From positions 4,032,001-4,096,000 of the forward strand of contig OZ253462.1 of the NCBI GenBank assembly GCA_965261395.1: a DNA stretch of 64,000 bases. Reading direction: 5' to 3'. Below the pieces are notes generated by a model. The model did not search any database, was not told where the DNA came from, and saw only the letters and a list, made by a program, of their open reading frames with translations. Below, in pieces: positions 36,171 to 46,020 of the stretch (within the stretch, counting starts at the first letter, position 1; each line of letters begins with the position of its first letter). Made by a program: the position numbers and the translations under genes. This stretch comes from Candidatus Latescibacterota bacterium (GTDB lineage: Bacteria; Latescibacterota; UBA2968; UBA8231).

Positions 36171-37184
36171 ATGAAATTGTTGCAGTGTGGTATGTTGGCG
36201 GCGCTGGCCGCGCCCGTTATGGCCCAGGTCACAGTCGAGGAAATCGAGTATGAGGGTTGGGCAAACTCGATTAAAATTGCCAATCCCGATGTGCGCGTAG
36301 TCGTGGTGCCAGCCATCGGTCGCATCATGCACTACGGATTGGTCGGGGGCGAAAACATCCTCTGGTCCGATCCCAAGCTCCACGGTCAGGTGCTGCCCGA
36401 TGGCCAACCCAATGTCGATGAGGAAGGCCAGTACACGTGGACCAATTTCGGCGGCGACAAGGTCTGGCCCAACCAACAAAGCGAGTTTGCCAAAATCAAC
36501 GGCCACTCTTGGCCGCCCGACCACGCTTTCGACGGTGGGGTACACGAGGTTGAGTTGCTGCCGCAGGGAGTGGCGATCTCCAGCCCGATGAGCGAGTACA
36601 ATGGGGCGCGCAGCGTGCGCGAGATCCGCTTGGCAAAACGGGGCACGCGCGTGGAAATTCACCAGCGGATCGAAAAGCTGGCCGCGGCCAAGGTCGAGCC
36701 GTTGCGCTACACCATTTGGAACGTCACCCAGATCCAGCCACCCGAGCAAACCCTCTATCCGCTCAACCCGCATAGTCACTTCGATCTGCGCTATCATCCC
36801 TTTGGCTTTGCCGACAGCGCGGCCATGCGCAACTTCACCATTGAGGGCGACATTGGGATTTTTGTGCCCGACCCGGAGGAGGCGCAGAAGACTGGAGCTG
36901 ACTCGGACGGTTGGTTGGCCGGCATTGTCGGCGACGTGGTCATGGCTGAGTTTTTTCGCCGCGATGGGACCCAGAGCTACCCGGACGGGGGCTTGAGTGC
37001 CGAGGTCTATACCTGCCTGGATTACACCGAGCTAGAGCTGTTAAGCCCTTGGGTCTATTTGCAGGTGGGCGAGACCTTGATGCACGAGATCGCTTGGGAA
37101 TTGCACCGCTTGCCAGCGGATGCAGAGACGCCGCAGGCGCGGCGGCAAGCCGCAGTCGAATGGCTCGCCACGCGCGTGGAGTGA
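36171..37184 (+). CDS. Secreted beta-rich protein (DUF4380/mutarotase-like)
   Basis: Signal peptide ending VMA-Q; IGRIMHY...NIL, NFGGDKVWP and YTELELLSP motifs. Confidence 0.6.
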   Translation: MKLLQCGMLAALAAPVMAQVTVEEIEYEGWANSIKIANPDVRVVVVPAIGRIMHYGLVGGENILWSDPKLHGQVLPDGQPNVDEEGQYTWTNFGGDKVWPNQQSEFAKINGHSWPPDHAFDGGVHEVELLPQGVAISSPMSEYNGARSVREIRLAKRGTRVEIHQRIEKLAAAKVEPLRYTIWNVTQIQPPEQTLYPLNPHSHFDLRYHPFGFADSAAMRNFTIEGDIGIFVPDPEEAQKTGADSDGWLAGIVGDVVMAEFFRRDGTQSYPDGGLSAEVYTCLDYTELELLSPWVYLQVGETLMHEIAWELHRLPADAETPQARRQAAVEWLATRVE

Positions 37185-37192
37185 GGGTGATC

Positions 37193-37228
37193 CGCAGATG
37201 GACGCAGATAGACGCAGATAGACGCAGA
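37193..37228 (+). repeat. 10-bp tandem repeat CGCAGAT(A/G)GA, about 3.6 copies, intergenic
   Basis: cgcagatgga cgcagataga cgcagataga cgcaga. Confidence 0.85.
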
Positions 37229-37266
37229 GAATGGCTCGCCATGCGTACGGAATGAGGAGGTGATGC

Positions 37267-38274
37267 GTGAAACCTAAAGTATTGGTGGATCCACATGGTT
37301 ATGCGCAGCCAGAGGACTTGGCTCGTCTTGGGGAAGTGGTCGAGGTCGTCGAACCGACGGAGCGCCTGTCCGAGCGGGCCTTTATCGAGGCGTTGGTTGG
37401 CTGTGAAGGCGTGATCCGCCTCGGGGGGCGGTTGCCCGAGCTGACACGGGCTGTGTTTGCAGGGGCCCCCGACTTGCGGATTGCCGGCGTCAGCGGGGAT
37501 CGCTTTGGCACGGGTATCGACTTGGCGGTCGCTGGGGAGCACGGCGTGCTGGCCGTGGATACCGACAATATCGCCTCGGCCGCGCCGGTGGCCGAGTGGG
37601 ATTTGGCCCTGATGCTGTTTTGTCTGCGCAATGGGGCCGCGGTTTATCGGCAGATGATAGCGGGCGAAGAGCAGTGGGCGCAGGCGGGCAACGACGACTT
37701 TGTCCACGGCGAATTGACTGGGAAGAAGGTCGGGTTGGTCGGATGCGGGCACGTAGGGCAGCGGTTGGTCGAATTGCTAGGTCCCTTTCGGGTGGACCTG
37801 CGCGTCGCCGACCCGTATTTGCCCGAGGAAGTCGCCGCTGAGTTGGGCATTGTACGCGGCTCGCTCGACGAGGTGTTGCAACACGCCGACATCCTCGTAG
37901 TCCAGGTTCCACACACGCCCAAGACCGAAAAGATGATCGGGGCACGAGAGCTCGATTTGCTGGGTCGCGGTCGCATCCTGATCAATTGCTGTCGCGGGCC
38001 GGTCGTGGATTATGAGGAACTGACGCAGCGGCTGGCAAGGGGCGAGCTAATCGCCGGACTTGATGTCTTCGACCCAGAGCCGCTGCCCCAAGACAGCCTC
38101 TTGCGCCACCTGCCCAACGCCTTTGTCAGCCCCCATATCGCTTGGTATGCGCCCGAGACGTTTGGCCGCTATTTCTCGGTGATGGTCGATGAGTTCGTGC
38201 GATTCTTTAGTGGGGAAGGGCTGCGGTTTGAACTGACGCGGCGGATGGTGGACATCCGACACGGGCGGATTTAG
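37267..38274 (+). CDS. D-2-hydroxyacid dehydrogenase family protein
   Basis: VGCGHVG, INCCRGPVVD, AGLDVFDPEPLP and SPHIA. Confidence 0.92.
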   Translation: MKPKVLVDPHGYAQPEDLARLGEVVEVVEPTERLSERAFIEALVGCEGVIRLGGRLPELTRAVFAGAPDLRIAGVSGDRFGTGIDLAVAGEHGVLAVDTDNIASAAPVAEWDLALMLFCLRNGAAVYRQMIAGEEQWAQAGNDDFVHGELTGKKVGLVGCGHVGQRLVELLGPFRVDLRVADPYLPEEVAAELGIVRGSLDEVLQHADILVVQVPHTPKTEKMIGARELDLLGRGRILINCCRGPVVDYEELTQRLARGELIAGLDVFDPEPLPQDSLLRHLPNAFVSPHIAWYAPETFGRYFSVMVDEFVRFFSGEGLRFELTRRMVDIRHGRI

Positions 38275-38282
38275 CGAGGAAA

Positions 38283-38308
38283 GGGGCAGGTCTGCGGCGA
38301 CCTGCCCC
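38283..38308. terminator. Hairpin between convergent genes (probable terminator)
   Basis: 10-bp stem GGGGCAGGTC / GACCTGCCCC. Confidence 0.7.
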
Positions 38309-38320
38309 CTCGGAAAACGG

Positions 38321-39253
38321 CTACTTCTTGGTGCCTTTGCGACCGGGAAAGGTCAGCTCGGCAATACCCGATTTGTCGAGATCACCCAGCCCTAGTTTCT
38401 TCATTTTGTCGTACTGGCGCTTGGTCGCCTGCGCCAGCGGCAGGCTGAGCTTATTTTGGCGGGCCAGTGCGAGGGCGATGCCGGAGTCTTTGGCCGCGTG
38501 GTCTGCGGAAAAATAGCATTCGTGATCGCGGATAGTCATGTCCTCGCCGTCGGTCTCTAGTACCCGCGAGTTAGCGCCGGTTTGGGAGAAGACCTTCATC
38601 AGCGTCTTCAGGTCCAATCCGAGCGCCGAGCCCAAGCCTAGTCCCTCGGCCAAGCCGGCGGTGTTGATGTTCATGACCATGTTGACGAGGGCCTTGACTT
38701 GGGCCGCTTGGCCGGCGGTGCCGATGTAGCGCAAATCGACGCTCAGGGCGTCGAGGATGGGCCGGACGCGGTTGAAGACACTGCGTTTGCCGCCGCACAT
38801 CAGGTACAGCGTGCCTTGGCGCGCTTGGGTGATGCTGGAGGCCATGCAGCCTTCGAGGGAGGAAGCACCAACCGCGGCGGCGCGCTCTTCGACCTCGACG
38901 TGGACCGCGGGCGAGATAGTGGCGCAGTTGATAAAGGTCGTGCCTTTGGCATTGGCCAACAGGGAGTCGCCAGAAGTGGCAAAGATCGAACGCACGGCCG
39001 CATCGTCAGTGACTACTGTGATGACCACGTCGGAGAGGGCCGTAACTTCGGCTAGGGTTTTGGGGGCGGCGCAGCTAAGCTCTTTGGCTAGTTTGCGGGC
39101 GGCGCGGCTGTTGGCGTCGGATACGGCCGAAATGTTGAAGCCCTTGTCGTTGAGGTTGCGGGCCATACGTTGACCCATACGACCCACGCCGACAAAGCCG
39201 ATTTGAAAGTCCTTTTTGTCCTTTTTGCTTTTGGTGGATTTTCTTTTTGCCAT
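38321..39253 (-). CDS. NAD(P)-dependent beta-hydroxyacid dehydrogenase (3-hydroxyisobutyrate dehydrogenase family)
   Basis: IGFVGVGRMG, catalytic KALVN and KDSGIA motifs; GAGGAG RBS before ATG 39253. Confidence 0.9.
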   Translation of the reverse strand: MAKRKSTKSKKDKKDFQIGFVGVGRMGQRMARNLNDKGFNISAVSDANSRAARKLAKELSCAAPKTLAEVTALSDVVITVVTDDAAVRSIFATSGDSLLANAKGTTFINCATISPAVHVEVEERAAAVGASSLEGCMASSITQARQGTLYLMCGGKRSVFNRVRPILDALSVDLRYIGTAGQAAQVKALVNMVMNINTAGLAEGLGLGSALGLDLKTLMKVFSQTGANSRVLETDGEDMTIRDHECYFSADHAAKDSGIALALARQNKLSLPLAQATKRQYDKMKKLGLGDLDKSGIAELTFPGRKGTKK

Positions 39254-39388
39254 TTTGTTCTCCTCGTTGAAGGGGTAAAACGTCCTAACCGCCGACCAAA
39301 GCGGTCGGCGGAAAACGAATTGTGGTGGGCCGAATGCGATGGCCCATAACATACTGAGCGCGTTAGATATATTCAACAGAGGTGTGCC

Positions 39389-40180
39389 ATGAAAGTAGGG
39401 ATCACGCAGATCATTTTAGGGAACATGTCGCTAGCGGACACGCTGAGATTGTGCGAGGACGCCGGCTATCAAGCTGTGGAACTAGTCTTTGCCGAGGGCA
39501 AGGACTTGGATCCGAGCATGAGTGCCGACGAGATCGCGCAGGTTGGGCAGCAGTGCGCTGCGGCCGGAGTTGAAATCGGCAGCGTCATCGTCTGGTATCA
39601 AGAGCGCGGCAACCTGCTCAGCCGTGATGCCGGTGAGCGCGAGCGATGTCTCAAGTGCTTGCGGCGCTCGCTTGAGATCGCCGGTGCGCTGTCGGTCGAT
39701 GGGGTGCTGTTGCACCCGGGCCAGCTAGCGGTCGAGGGCACCTATCAGCAGGCTTGGGATGGGTTGCGGGACGCGCTGATTGATACAGCTCCTTTGGCCG
39801 AGGAAATGGGGGCGGCCATTGGTTTGGAAAACGTCTGGAACAAATTCCTGCTCAGCCCGCGCGAAGCCCGGCTTTTCGTCGATGAAATCGGCAGCGAGTG
39901 GGTGGGGATCTACCTCGACACGGCTAACATGATGGCCTATGGCTATCCAGAGCACTGGATCCGCGAGTTGGGGCCGCGCATCAAAAAGGTGCATTTCAAG
40001 GATTTCCGCCGCAGCGAGCACAGTTTCGTCAACCTGCTCGAAGGGGATACAGACTGGCCGGCAGTCATGGCCGCCCTGCGGGCGGCGGGATACGATTCCA
40101 CGCTGATTCACGAAGTGGGCGGCAGCCGTGAGGAACTCATTGATCTCGGGGCGCGAATGCGCCAAATTGCCGCTTTGTAA
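39389..40180 (+). CDS. Sugar phosphate isomerase/epimerase (xylose-isomerase-like TIM barrel)
   Basis: LENVWNKFLLSP, YLDTAN, VHFKDF and GDTDW. Confidence 0.9.
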   Translation: MKVGITQIILGNMSLADTLRLCEDAGYQAVELVFAEGKDLDPSMSADEIAQVGQQCAAAGVEIGSVIVWYQERGNLLSRDAGERERCLKCLRRSLEIAGALSVDGVLLHPGQLAVEGTYQQAWDGLRDALIDTAPLAEEMGAAIGLENVWNKFLLSPREARLFVDEIGSEWVGIYLDTANMMAYGYPEHWIRELGPRIKKVHFKDFRRSEHSFVNLLEGDTDWPAVMAALRAAGYDSTLIHEVGGSREELIDLGARMRQIAAL

Positions 40181-40198
40181 ACATAGGAGGAATGAGAC

Positions 40199-40921
40199 AT
40201 GGTGTACATCATCAATTGGCGCGACATCCAACCCAATATAGCCCACCTGAGCGCTGTGCATTGGGGCGGGTTGCGCGACCGCGTTGGCGACGACGACCCA
40301 GATCCGCGCCATTGCCTAGAGCGCCTACAGGGCTTTGCCCGCCACGCGCTACAGGGCCGCAAGAATTCGGATTACCACAAGCACGAAAACCTCGAACAAG
40401 TGTACTACGTGCTCTCGGGCAGCGGCTACGTGCTCTTTGACAAGGAGCGTTTCCCCGTGCAGGAAGGCGACGCGGTGTACCTGCCGTCGGGCGTCCATCA
40501 CCAGATGTTTAACGACGCCAGCGAGGACTGGCTCGAACACCACGTGATCAGCCAAAGAATCGCGGCCAACAGCGGAGAGTTTGCCATCCGCAACTGGCGC
40601 GATGTGCCGGCGATGGGCGACGGTGCGGGCGCGGTGCGCTGGCATCAGCTAGGCCCGGTCGGCGAGGAGGGGGTGGGCTTTACGCAGGGGCTGCACTGCA
40701 TTGACCGCGAGGCTATACAACCGCGCGGACAGACGGTCGAGCAATGCTGCGAAGAGCTAGAGCAGGTCTATTACGTGCTGGAAAACAGCGGCATCTTGGA
40801 AGCCGATGGCGACGCGCAGGAGATTCGGGAAGGGGATATGATCCACCTGCCACCGGGTACGCGCTACGCGATCCGCAACCCGCACGCCGAGTGGCTTTCC
40901 TACCTCATCATGGCGGCCTGA
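40199..40921 (+). CDS. Bicupin protein
   Basis: Two cupin motifs: HKHENLEQVYYV..EGDAVYLP..HH and EELEQVYYV..EGDMIHLP. Confidence 0.85.
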   Translation: MVYIINWRDIQPNIAHLSAVHWGGLRDRVGDDDPDPRHCLERLQGFARHALQGRKNSDYHKHENLEQVYYVLSGSGYVLFDKERFPVQEGDAVYLPSGVHHQMFNDASEDWLEHHVISQRIAANSGEFAIRNWRDVPAMGDGAGAVRWHQLGPVGEEGVGFTQGLHCIDREAIQPRGQTVEQCCEELEQVYYVLENSGILEADGDAQEIREGDMIHLPPGTRYAIRNPHAEWLSYLIMAA

Positions 40922-40924
40922 GCT

Positions 40925-41137
40925 ATGGCACTAGATCAATTGCACGCCACCCTGCAAGCGCTGATGACGGCCATCGACAACCGCGAGGGCGAGTCGATTG
41001 CCGAGCATCTGCGGCAGCTTGACGAACTAGGCAACGAAGCCCCGCCGATGTTGCGCCACTACTTGGAGAAGCGCAGCTATGCCAAGGCCCTGGATTTTTT
41101 GGAAGGGCGCGATGAGGCCGCAGCTCCCAACTGCTGA
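40925..41137 (+). CDS. Small hypothetical protein
   Basis: 70-aa ORF with operonic spacing; PMLRHYLEKRSYAKAL helical motif. Confidence 0.65.
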   Translation: MALDQLHATLQALMTAIDNREGESIAEHLRQLDELGNEAPPMLRHYLEKRSYAKALDFLEGRDEAAAPNC

Positions 41138-41144
41138 AAGCTCT

Positions 41145-41453
41145 ATGCGCCGGGCGTTCTACGAGACCATCGCCTGTGTGCCCTACGGCAAGGTGGCGAC
41201 CTACGGGCAGATCGCCACCTTGGCCGGCTATCCGGGGCGGGCGCGGCAAGTAGGTTTTGCTTTAGCGGGGATGCCCGGGGAATGGGACCTGCCTTGGCAC
41301 CGCATCATCAACGCCCAAGGCAAGGTCTCGCCGCGCAGCGGCAGCAAATTTCATCTGTTGCAATACGAGCTTTTGGCCAGCGAGGGCGTTGCCTTTACAG
41401 CGCAACGCATCGACCTGAACCGGTTTGGCTGGCGACCTGAGGCGGAGGATTGA
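41145..41453 (+). CDS. Alkyltransferase-like protein (ATL/YbaZ, MGMT family)
   Basis: VPYGKVATYGQIA, ARQVG and PWHRI (Trp replaces the catalytic Cys). Confidence 0.9.
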   Translation: MRRAFYETIACVPYGKVATYGQIATLAGYPGRARQVGFALAGMPGEWDLPWHRIINAQGKVSPRSGSKFHLLQYELLASEGVAFTAQRIDLNRFGWRPEAED

Positions 41454-42781
41454 AATCTCTCGACCGTCAGATACTCCGACTCGCCGTTCCCAGTATTCTC
41501 ACTGCCCTATCTACGCCGCTGATCGGCATCGCCGACACTGCGATGATCGGCCATTTGCCGGAAGTGGCCTTTATGGGCGCGGTCTCTACGGCGAGTTTGA
41601 TCTTCAATGGCATATTTTGGTGCTTGGCCTTTCTGCGCATGGGGACCACGGCGCTGGTGGCCCAGTACTGCGGAGCCGGGGATCGACGCCAGAGCGCGGG
41701 GGTGCTCTACCGCTCGTTGATCGTGGCTGTCTTATTCGGCATGGGGATCGCGGCGGCCGGCGGTTGGATCGGCCGGATTGGGTTCGAGTTGGCCGGCGGA
41801 TCTCCCCAAGTCCAGCACTGGGGCATACGCTACTTCGCCATTCGGGTGTGGGAAGCGCCCTTGGCGCTGAGCGTTATGACGCTCAACGGCTTTTTCTTGG
41901 GGACCGCCAATGTCATAGCGCCTCTCTGGGTTACGACCGTCGCCAATCTGGTCAACATCGGCGCGGACTACGTGCTTATCTACGGCAAGTTGGGCGCTCC
42001 TAAGCTAGGCGTCGAAGGGGCGGCTTGGGCTTCCGTACTGGGCAATGCGGCGGCGCTAGCCACCGGGGTTTTTTTGTTGCTACGCGGCTACCGCTCCTAT
42101 CTGCGGGAGTGGCCTACAAGACTGTGGGACCTGCGCGCGATGAAGCGCTTGTTGCAGACCAATGCCTTCCTTTTCGGCCGCACTCTCTGTCTGCAATTTG
42201 CCGGTTTTTTTACGCTCGGCATGGTCTCGCGGATGGGCGAAGCACCGCTGGCGGCCAACGCCGTGATCTTGCAGGTCTGGGGGCTAACTAGCTTCGCCGT
42301 TGACGGCTTTGCCCACGCCGCCGAGACACTGGTCGGCCGCTGCTTAGGGGGACACTTTTTTGCCGAGGCTCGGCAGCTCGCGCGGCGGATCATCGGCTGG
42401 GGTTTGGGTTTGGGAGCGGGGTTTGGTTTGGCTTACTTTGCGGCCTTGGAGCCTATTGCCGCGCTGTTTACCCCGCATCGGGAAGTTGTAGAACAGGTCG
42501 GCTCGCTCTATGTACTCATCGCGCTGCTCCAACCGCTGAACGCCGTGGTCTTCGTCTTTGACGGAATTTTCATCGGCGCTAGCGACATGGGATATTTGTT
42601 CAAGGCTATGGCGCTGGCCACCTTTGGGGTGTTTGTGCCTGCGGCGTTGGTTTTTATATACTGGTTAGATTGGGAGTTAGCCGGTGCCTGGATGGCCTAT
42701 AGCGGCCTGATGGTCGGTCGCTTTGTTACGCTGTGGCCGCGCTATCGCGGCGATGCTTGGTTGCGGAGCTTTGTCGAATAG
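41450..42781 (+). CDS. dinF: MATE efflux transporter, DinF-like
   Basis: LAVP, DTAMIGHL, FLRMGTT and DGFAHAAE..VG motifs; about 12 TM segments. Confidence 0.9.
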   Translation: MKSLDRQILRLAVPSILTALSTPLIGIADTAMIGHLPEVAFMGAVSTASLIFNGIFWCLAFLRMGTTALVAQYCGAGDRRQSAGVLYRSLIVAVLFGMGIAAAGGWIGRIGFELAGGSPQVQHWGIRYFAIRVWEAPLALSVMTLNGFFLGTANVIAPLWVTTVANLVNIGADYVLIYGKLGAPKLGVEGAAWASVLGNAAALATGVFLLLRGYRSYLREWPTRLWDLRAMKRLLQTNAFLFGRTLCLQFAGFFTLGMVSRMGEAPLAANAVILQVWGLTSFAVDGFAHAAETLVGRCLGGHFFAEARQLARRIIGWGLGLGAGFGLAYFAALEPIAALFTPHREVVEQVGSLYVLIALLQPLNAVVFVFDGIFIGASDMGYLFKAMALATFGVFVPAALVFIYWLDWELAGAWMAYSGLMVGRFVTLWPRYRGDAWLRSFVE

Positions 42782-42790
42782 GAGAAGACT

Positions 42791-43162
42791 ATGCCCTTTA
42801 TCAATCCCGCAGAACTTGCGGCCGTGGAACTTTTCCCCCAAATCAACAGCGGCTTGGTGGCTGGCGAGCGGCTAATGCTTTCGTTTTTGGACATGGAAGA
42901 AGGCTGTGAAGTGCCCGAGCACAGCCACCCGCACGAGCAAGCCGGCTTGGTGCTGGCCGGGCGCTTCCGCTTTCGCATTGGGGCAGAGGAGCGCGTCACC
43001 GGTCCGGGCGACGCCTTCTTGATTCCGCCGAATGTGGTCCACTGGGGGATCGTCGAAGAAGGGCCGGCCAAAATTCTCGACATCTTCAGTCCGCCGCGCG
43101 AGGATTACATGGAGCAATACAACAAATACGCCCAAACTTCGGCCAAAACCGTCTGGGCTTAG
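42791..43162 (+). CDS. Cupin domain protein
   Basis: HSHPHEQ, IPPNVVH and DIFSPPREDY. Confidence 0.9.
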   Translation: MPFINPAELAAVELFPQINSGLVAGERLMLSFLDMEEGCEVPEHSHPHEQAGLVLAGRFRFRIGAEERVTGPGDAFLIPPNVVHWGIVEEGPAKILDIFSPPREDYMEQYNKYAQTSAKTVWA

Positions 43163-43178
43163 GGATTAGGAGTACGTC

Positions 43179-44108
43179 ATGAGAGCATTAAAAAAAGAAC
43201 ATTGCCACAATGTGTTGGTCGTAGCGATCGCGCCCCGCGACGCGGAGCAGAGCATCGACTTGGAGGGCATTGGCCGCAACGCGCGCTATCTGTGCGAGCG
43301 CGGCGTGGATTTCATCATGCCCGCCTGCGGTACGGGCTTGGCATACGATGTGACCTTGGCAGAGTACGAGGCCATCGTCGGGACGTTTATGGATGCTGCG
43401 GCCGAGGCGGCGTTGGTGGTACCGGGGATTGGGCCGGGGTATGGCCGCGCCTTGGAAATGGGGCAGATCGCGCGCTCGTTGGGCGTCGCCGGGGTGATGA
43501 TCATGCCGATCGTCGGCCCGGCATCGGCCAATGGGACGGCGGTCGGATTGCGCAGCATTGCCGAAAAGACCCAGTTACCGACCATATTGTATCAGCGCCG
43601 CCTGGATATTATGCCAGTGGAGCAGGTGGTTACACTCTGCCGGCTGGACGAGGTGGTAGGGCTTAAGTACTCGGTTGACGATTTGGAGACTTTCCGGCGC
43701 ATCGAGGCCGAGGCTGGAGACGAGGCGGCCATGGTCTGCGGCATGGCCGAAGATCCCTGCATCGACTATATGGCGGCTGGGGCCGTCGGGTTTAGCTCGG
43801 GGATGGCCAACTTCGCGCCCGGCATGAGCCGTGCGCTCCTAGAGCGCTTTGCGGCCGGAGATCGCGTTGGGGCCGAGGCCATTCGGCAGCAGATGGTGCC
43901 TTTTGAGGATCTGCGCGGCGAGTGTGCAGCGCGCTACAGCGCCTCGGCGCTACACGCGGCTATGGAGCGGGTCGGGCTGGCTGGTGGGCCGGTGGTGCCT
44001 TTTGCCGAGGATGTGGCCGCTGAGGACCTGCCGAGGTTGCATGCGCTCGTGGATAAGCTGGCCGAGTCGGAGCGACAAATGCAAATGCAAATGAAAGAGG
44101 TCGTATGA
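43179..44108 (+). CDS. Dihydrodipicolinate synthase/aldolase family protein
   Basis: CGTG, ILYQR, VVGLKYS Schiff-base Lys and GFSSGMANFAP. Confidence 0.85.
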   Translation: MRALKKEHCHNVLVVAIAPRDAEQSIDLEGIGRNARYLCERGVDFIMPACGTGLAYDVTLAEYEAIVGTFMDAAAEAALVVPGIGPGYGRALEMGQIARSLGVAGVMIMPIVGPASANGTAVGLRSIAEKTQLPTILYQRRLDIMPVEQVVTLCRLDEVVGLKYSVDDLETFRRIEAEAGDEAAMVCGMAEDPCIDYMAAGAVGFSSGMANFAPGMSRALLERFAAGDRVGAEAIRQQMVPFEDLRGECAARYSASALHAAMERVGLAGGPVVPFAEDVAAEDLPRLHALVDKLAESERQMQMQMKEVV

Positions 44109-45211
44109 ATCAACATGCACTGCGCGTAGGGCTGGTGGGCACAGGCGGCGTCTGTGCGGGGGTACACTATCCAGGGCTGCGGCTGATTCCCGGGGTCGAG
44201 ATCGCTGGAATCTGCGAGCCAGACGAGACGCTGCGGCAACAGCGACAAGCGGAATGGGGCATTGAGGCCGCTTTTGAGCGGCTGGACGCGCTCTTAGACG
44301 CGGTGGCCCCGGATGCGGTCTGCATTGCCGTGCCCAACGTCTATCACTACGAACTGATCGTCCAAGCCTTAGACGCCGGCTGCCACGTGCTATGCGAGAA
44401 GCCCTTGGGCATGGACTTTGCCCAAACGCGGGAAATCTATGCCCGAGGCAAGGCGTCGGGGCGTCGCCACATGACAGCGTTTACCTATCGCTTTGTACCG
44501 GCGATTAACTACATCCGCCACTTGGTGCAGACGGGGGCCCTCGGGGCGATTCGCCACGCCCGTTTCCAGCGCCTGCAAGACTGGGGAGAGCGCGCTATTG
44601 GCTGGCGGCAATACAAAAGCCAAGCAGGTTCGGGCGAGTTGGGCGATATGGGTATTCACCGCCTTGATTTTGCCGAGGATCTGCTGGGGCCGATAGAGGC
44701 TGTGTGCAGCGCGGCCAAGCAGTTGGTGCCGCGAGATCAGACCCGCGAGGGCCAGCCGTGCCCACCGCAGGACGTGGAAGATTGGATCGCGTGGATCACC
44801 GAGTTTGCAAGCGGCACCACGGGCGTCTTCGAGATGGGCAAGTTGAGCAAGGGCTACGGTCCGAAGGGCGACCACGATTTGGCCGAACTGAACGGGGAGG
44901 AAGCCTCGGTCGTCTATCGCCTGCATGCGCCGCACGAGGTGCTCTTCGCGCCTCGTGGCGAGCCCTATCAGAGCCGGCCCGTGCCCGCCGAGTTCCTCAA
45001 GCGCCCTAATGCGCCGCGCGATCCGTCCGTCGGCGATCCCGTGCAAACTTTCCGCTACGACCAAGCTTGGGAATTCGTCAGCGCCATCCGCGAGGAGCGC
45101 GATTGCGTGCCCTCGTTTTATCACGGGATGCGGGCGCAGGCCGTTGCCGACTCCATCCTCCAGGCCGCGGCCGAGCGGCGGTGGGTCGATATTCCCGATT
45201 GTCCGGCTTAG
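44105..45211 (+). CDS. Gfo/Idh/MocA oxidoreductase
   Basis: VGLVGTG, HVLCEKP and GELGDMGIH. Confidence 0.92.
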   Translation: MNQHALRVGLVGTGGVCAGVHYPGLRLIPGVEIAGICEPDETLRQQRQAEWGIEAAFERLDALLDAVAPDAVCIAVPNVYHYELIVQALDAGCHVLCEKPLGMDFAQTREIYARGKASGRRHMTAFTYRFVPAINYIRHLVQTGALGAIRHARFQRLQDWGERAIGWRQYKSQAGSGELGDMGIHRLDFAEDLLGPIEAVCSAAKQLVPRDQTREGQPCPPQDVEDWIAWITEFASGTTGVFEMGKLSKGYGPKGDHDLAELNGEEASVVYRLHAPHEVLFAPRGEPYQSRPVPAEFLKRPNAPRDPSVGDPVQTFRYDQAWEFVSAIREERDCVPSFYHGMRAQAVADSILQAAAERRWVDIPDCPA

Positions 45212-45225
45212 GAGGGACGGTGCTG

Positions 45226-46020
45226 ATGAGCGAAAATTCCAAAGCAGCGTATGTGAGGGATGGGTTTTACATCCACGACGCAGCCGTATGGCCTTTAGAG
45301 GCCGTCGAGCGGGCTGTAGAGGGCATGGATGCGGTGCGGCGGGGCGAGTACGATACCGGAGTGTCGCCCCGCCCCTCGGCTTGGCAGCCAGGCGACGACC
45401 CGCAGCGGTTGTGCAAAATTGAAAAGCCCCAGATCGCCAATCGGGCTATTATGGACCTGATCAAACATCCGGCTCTCGGGGCGTTGGCTGCTGAAGTCTG
45501 TGGGGCCGAGTGGGTCCAGGTTTGGTGGGTGCAGTTGTTGTACAAGCCTCCGGTCGCTGGCGCAGAATCTAGCGGAACCCACGTGGGATGGCATCAGGAT
45601 CGCAACTACTGGGGGGCTTGGGAAGAGGGCAGCGAGCTGTTTACGGCTTGGATCGCCTTGAGCGAGGTCGGCCCGACGACCGGGCCGATGCGCTTTGTGC
45701 GCGGCTCGCATCAGTGGGGATTGCTGCCGGGCAGCGACTTCTTCGGCCAAGAGCTAGCCGAGCAGAAGCGAGAACTGGCCGCGTTGACTAGCGACGAGTG
45801 GGTAGAAGTGGCGGCGACCCTGCCCCAAGGAGGCGTGAGCTTTCACCACTGCTTGACGCTACACGGTAGTGGCCCCAATTATTCTGCGGGCCCTCGGCGG
45901 AGCTTGGCCGTTCACATACGCACTGAGCGGTCCCGCCCAGTGGACGGTAAGCGGGAGGGGCTGACGGCCTTTATCGACGACCCGACGCATTGCCCGGTAG
46001 TGTTCAGGCTCAATTCCTAA
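45226..46020 (+). CDS. Phytanoyl-CoA dioxygenase (PhyH) family 2OG-Fe(II) oxygenase
   Basis: KPP, WHQD, TAWIAL, GSH and HGSGPN...R. Confidence 0.92.
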   Translation: MSENSKAAYVRDGFYIHDAAVWPLEAVERAVEGMDAVRRGEYDTGVSPRPSAWQPGDDPQRLCKIEKPQIANRAIMDLIKHPALGALAAEVCGAEWVQVWWVQLLYKPPVAGAESSGTHVGWHQDRNYWGAWEEGSELFTAWIALSEVGPTTGPMRFVRGSHQWGLLPGSDFFGQELAEQKRELAALTSDEWVEVAATLPQGGVSFHHCLTLHGSGPNYSAGPRRSLAVHIRTERSRPVDGKREGLTAFIDDPTHCPVVFRLNS

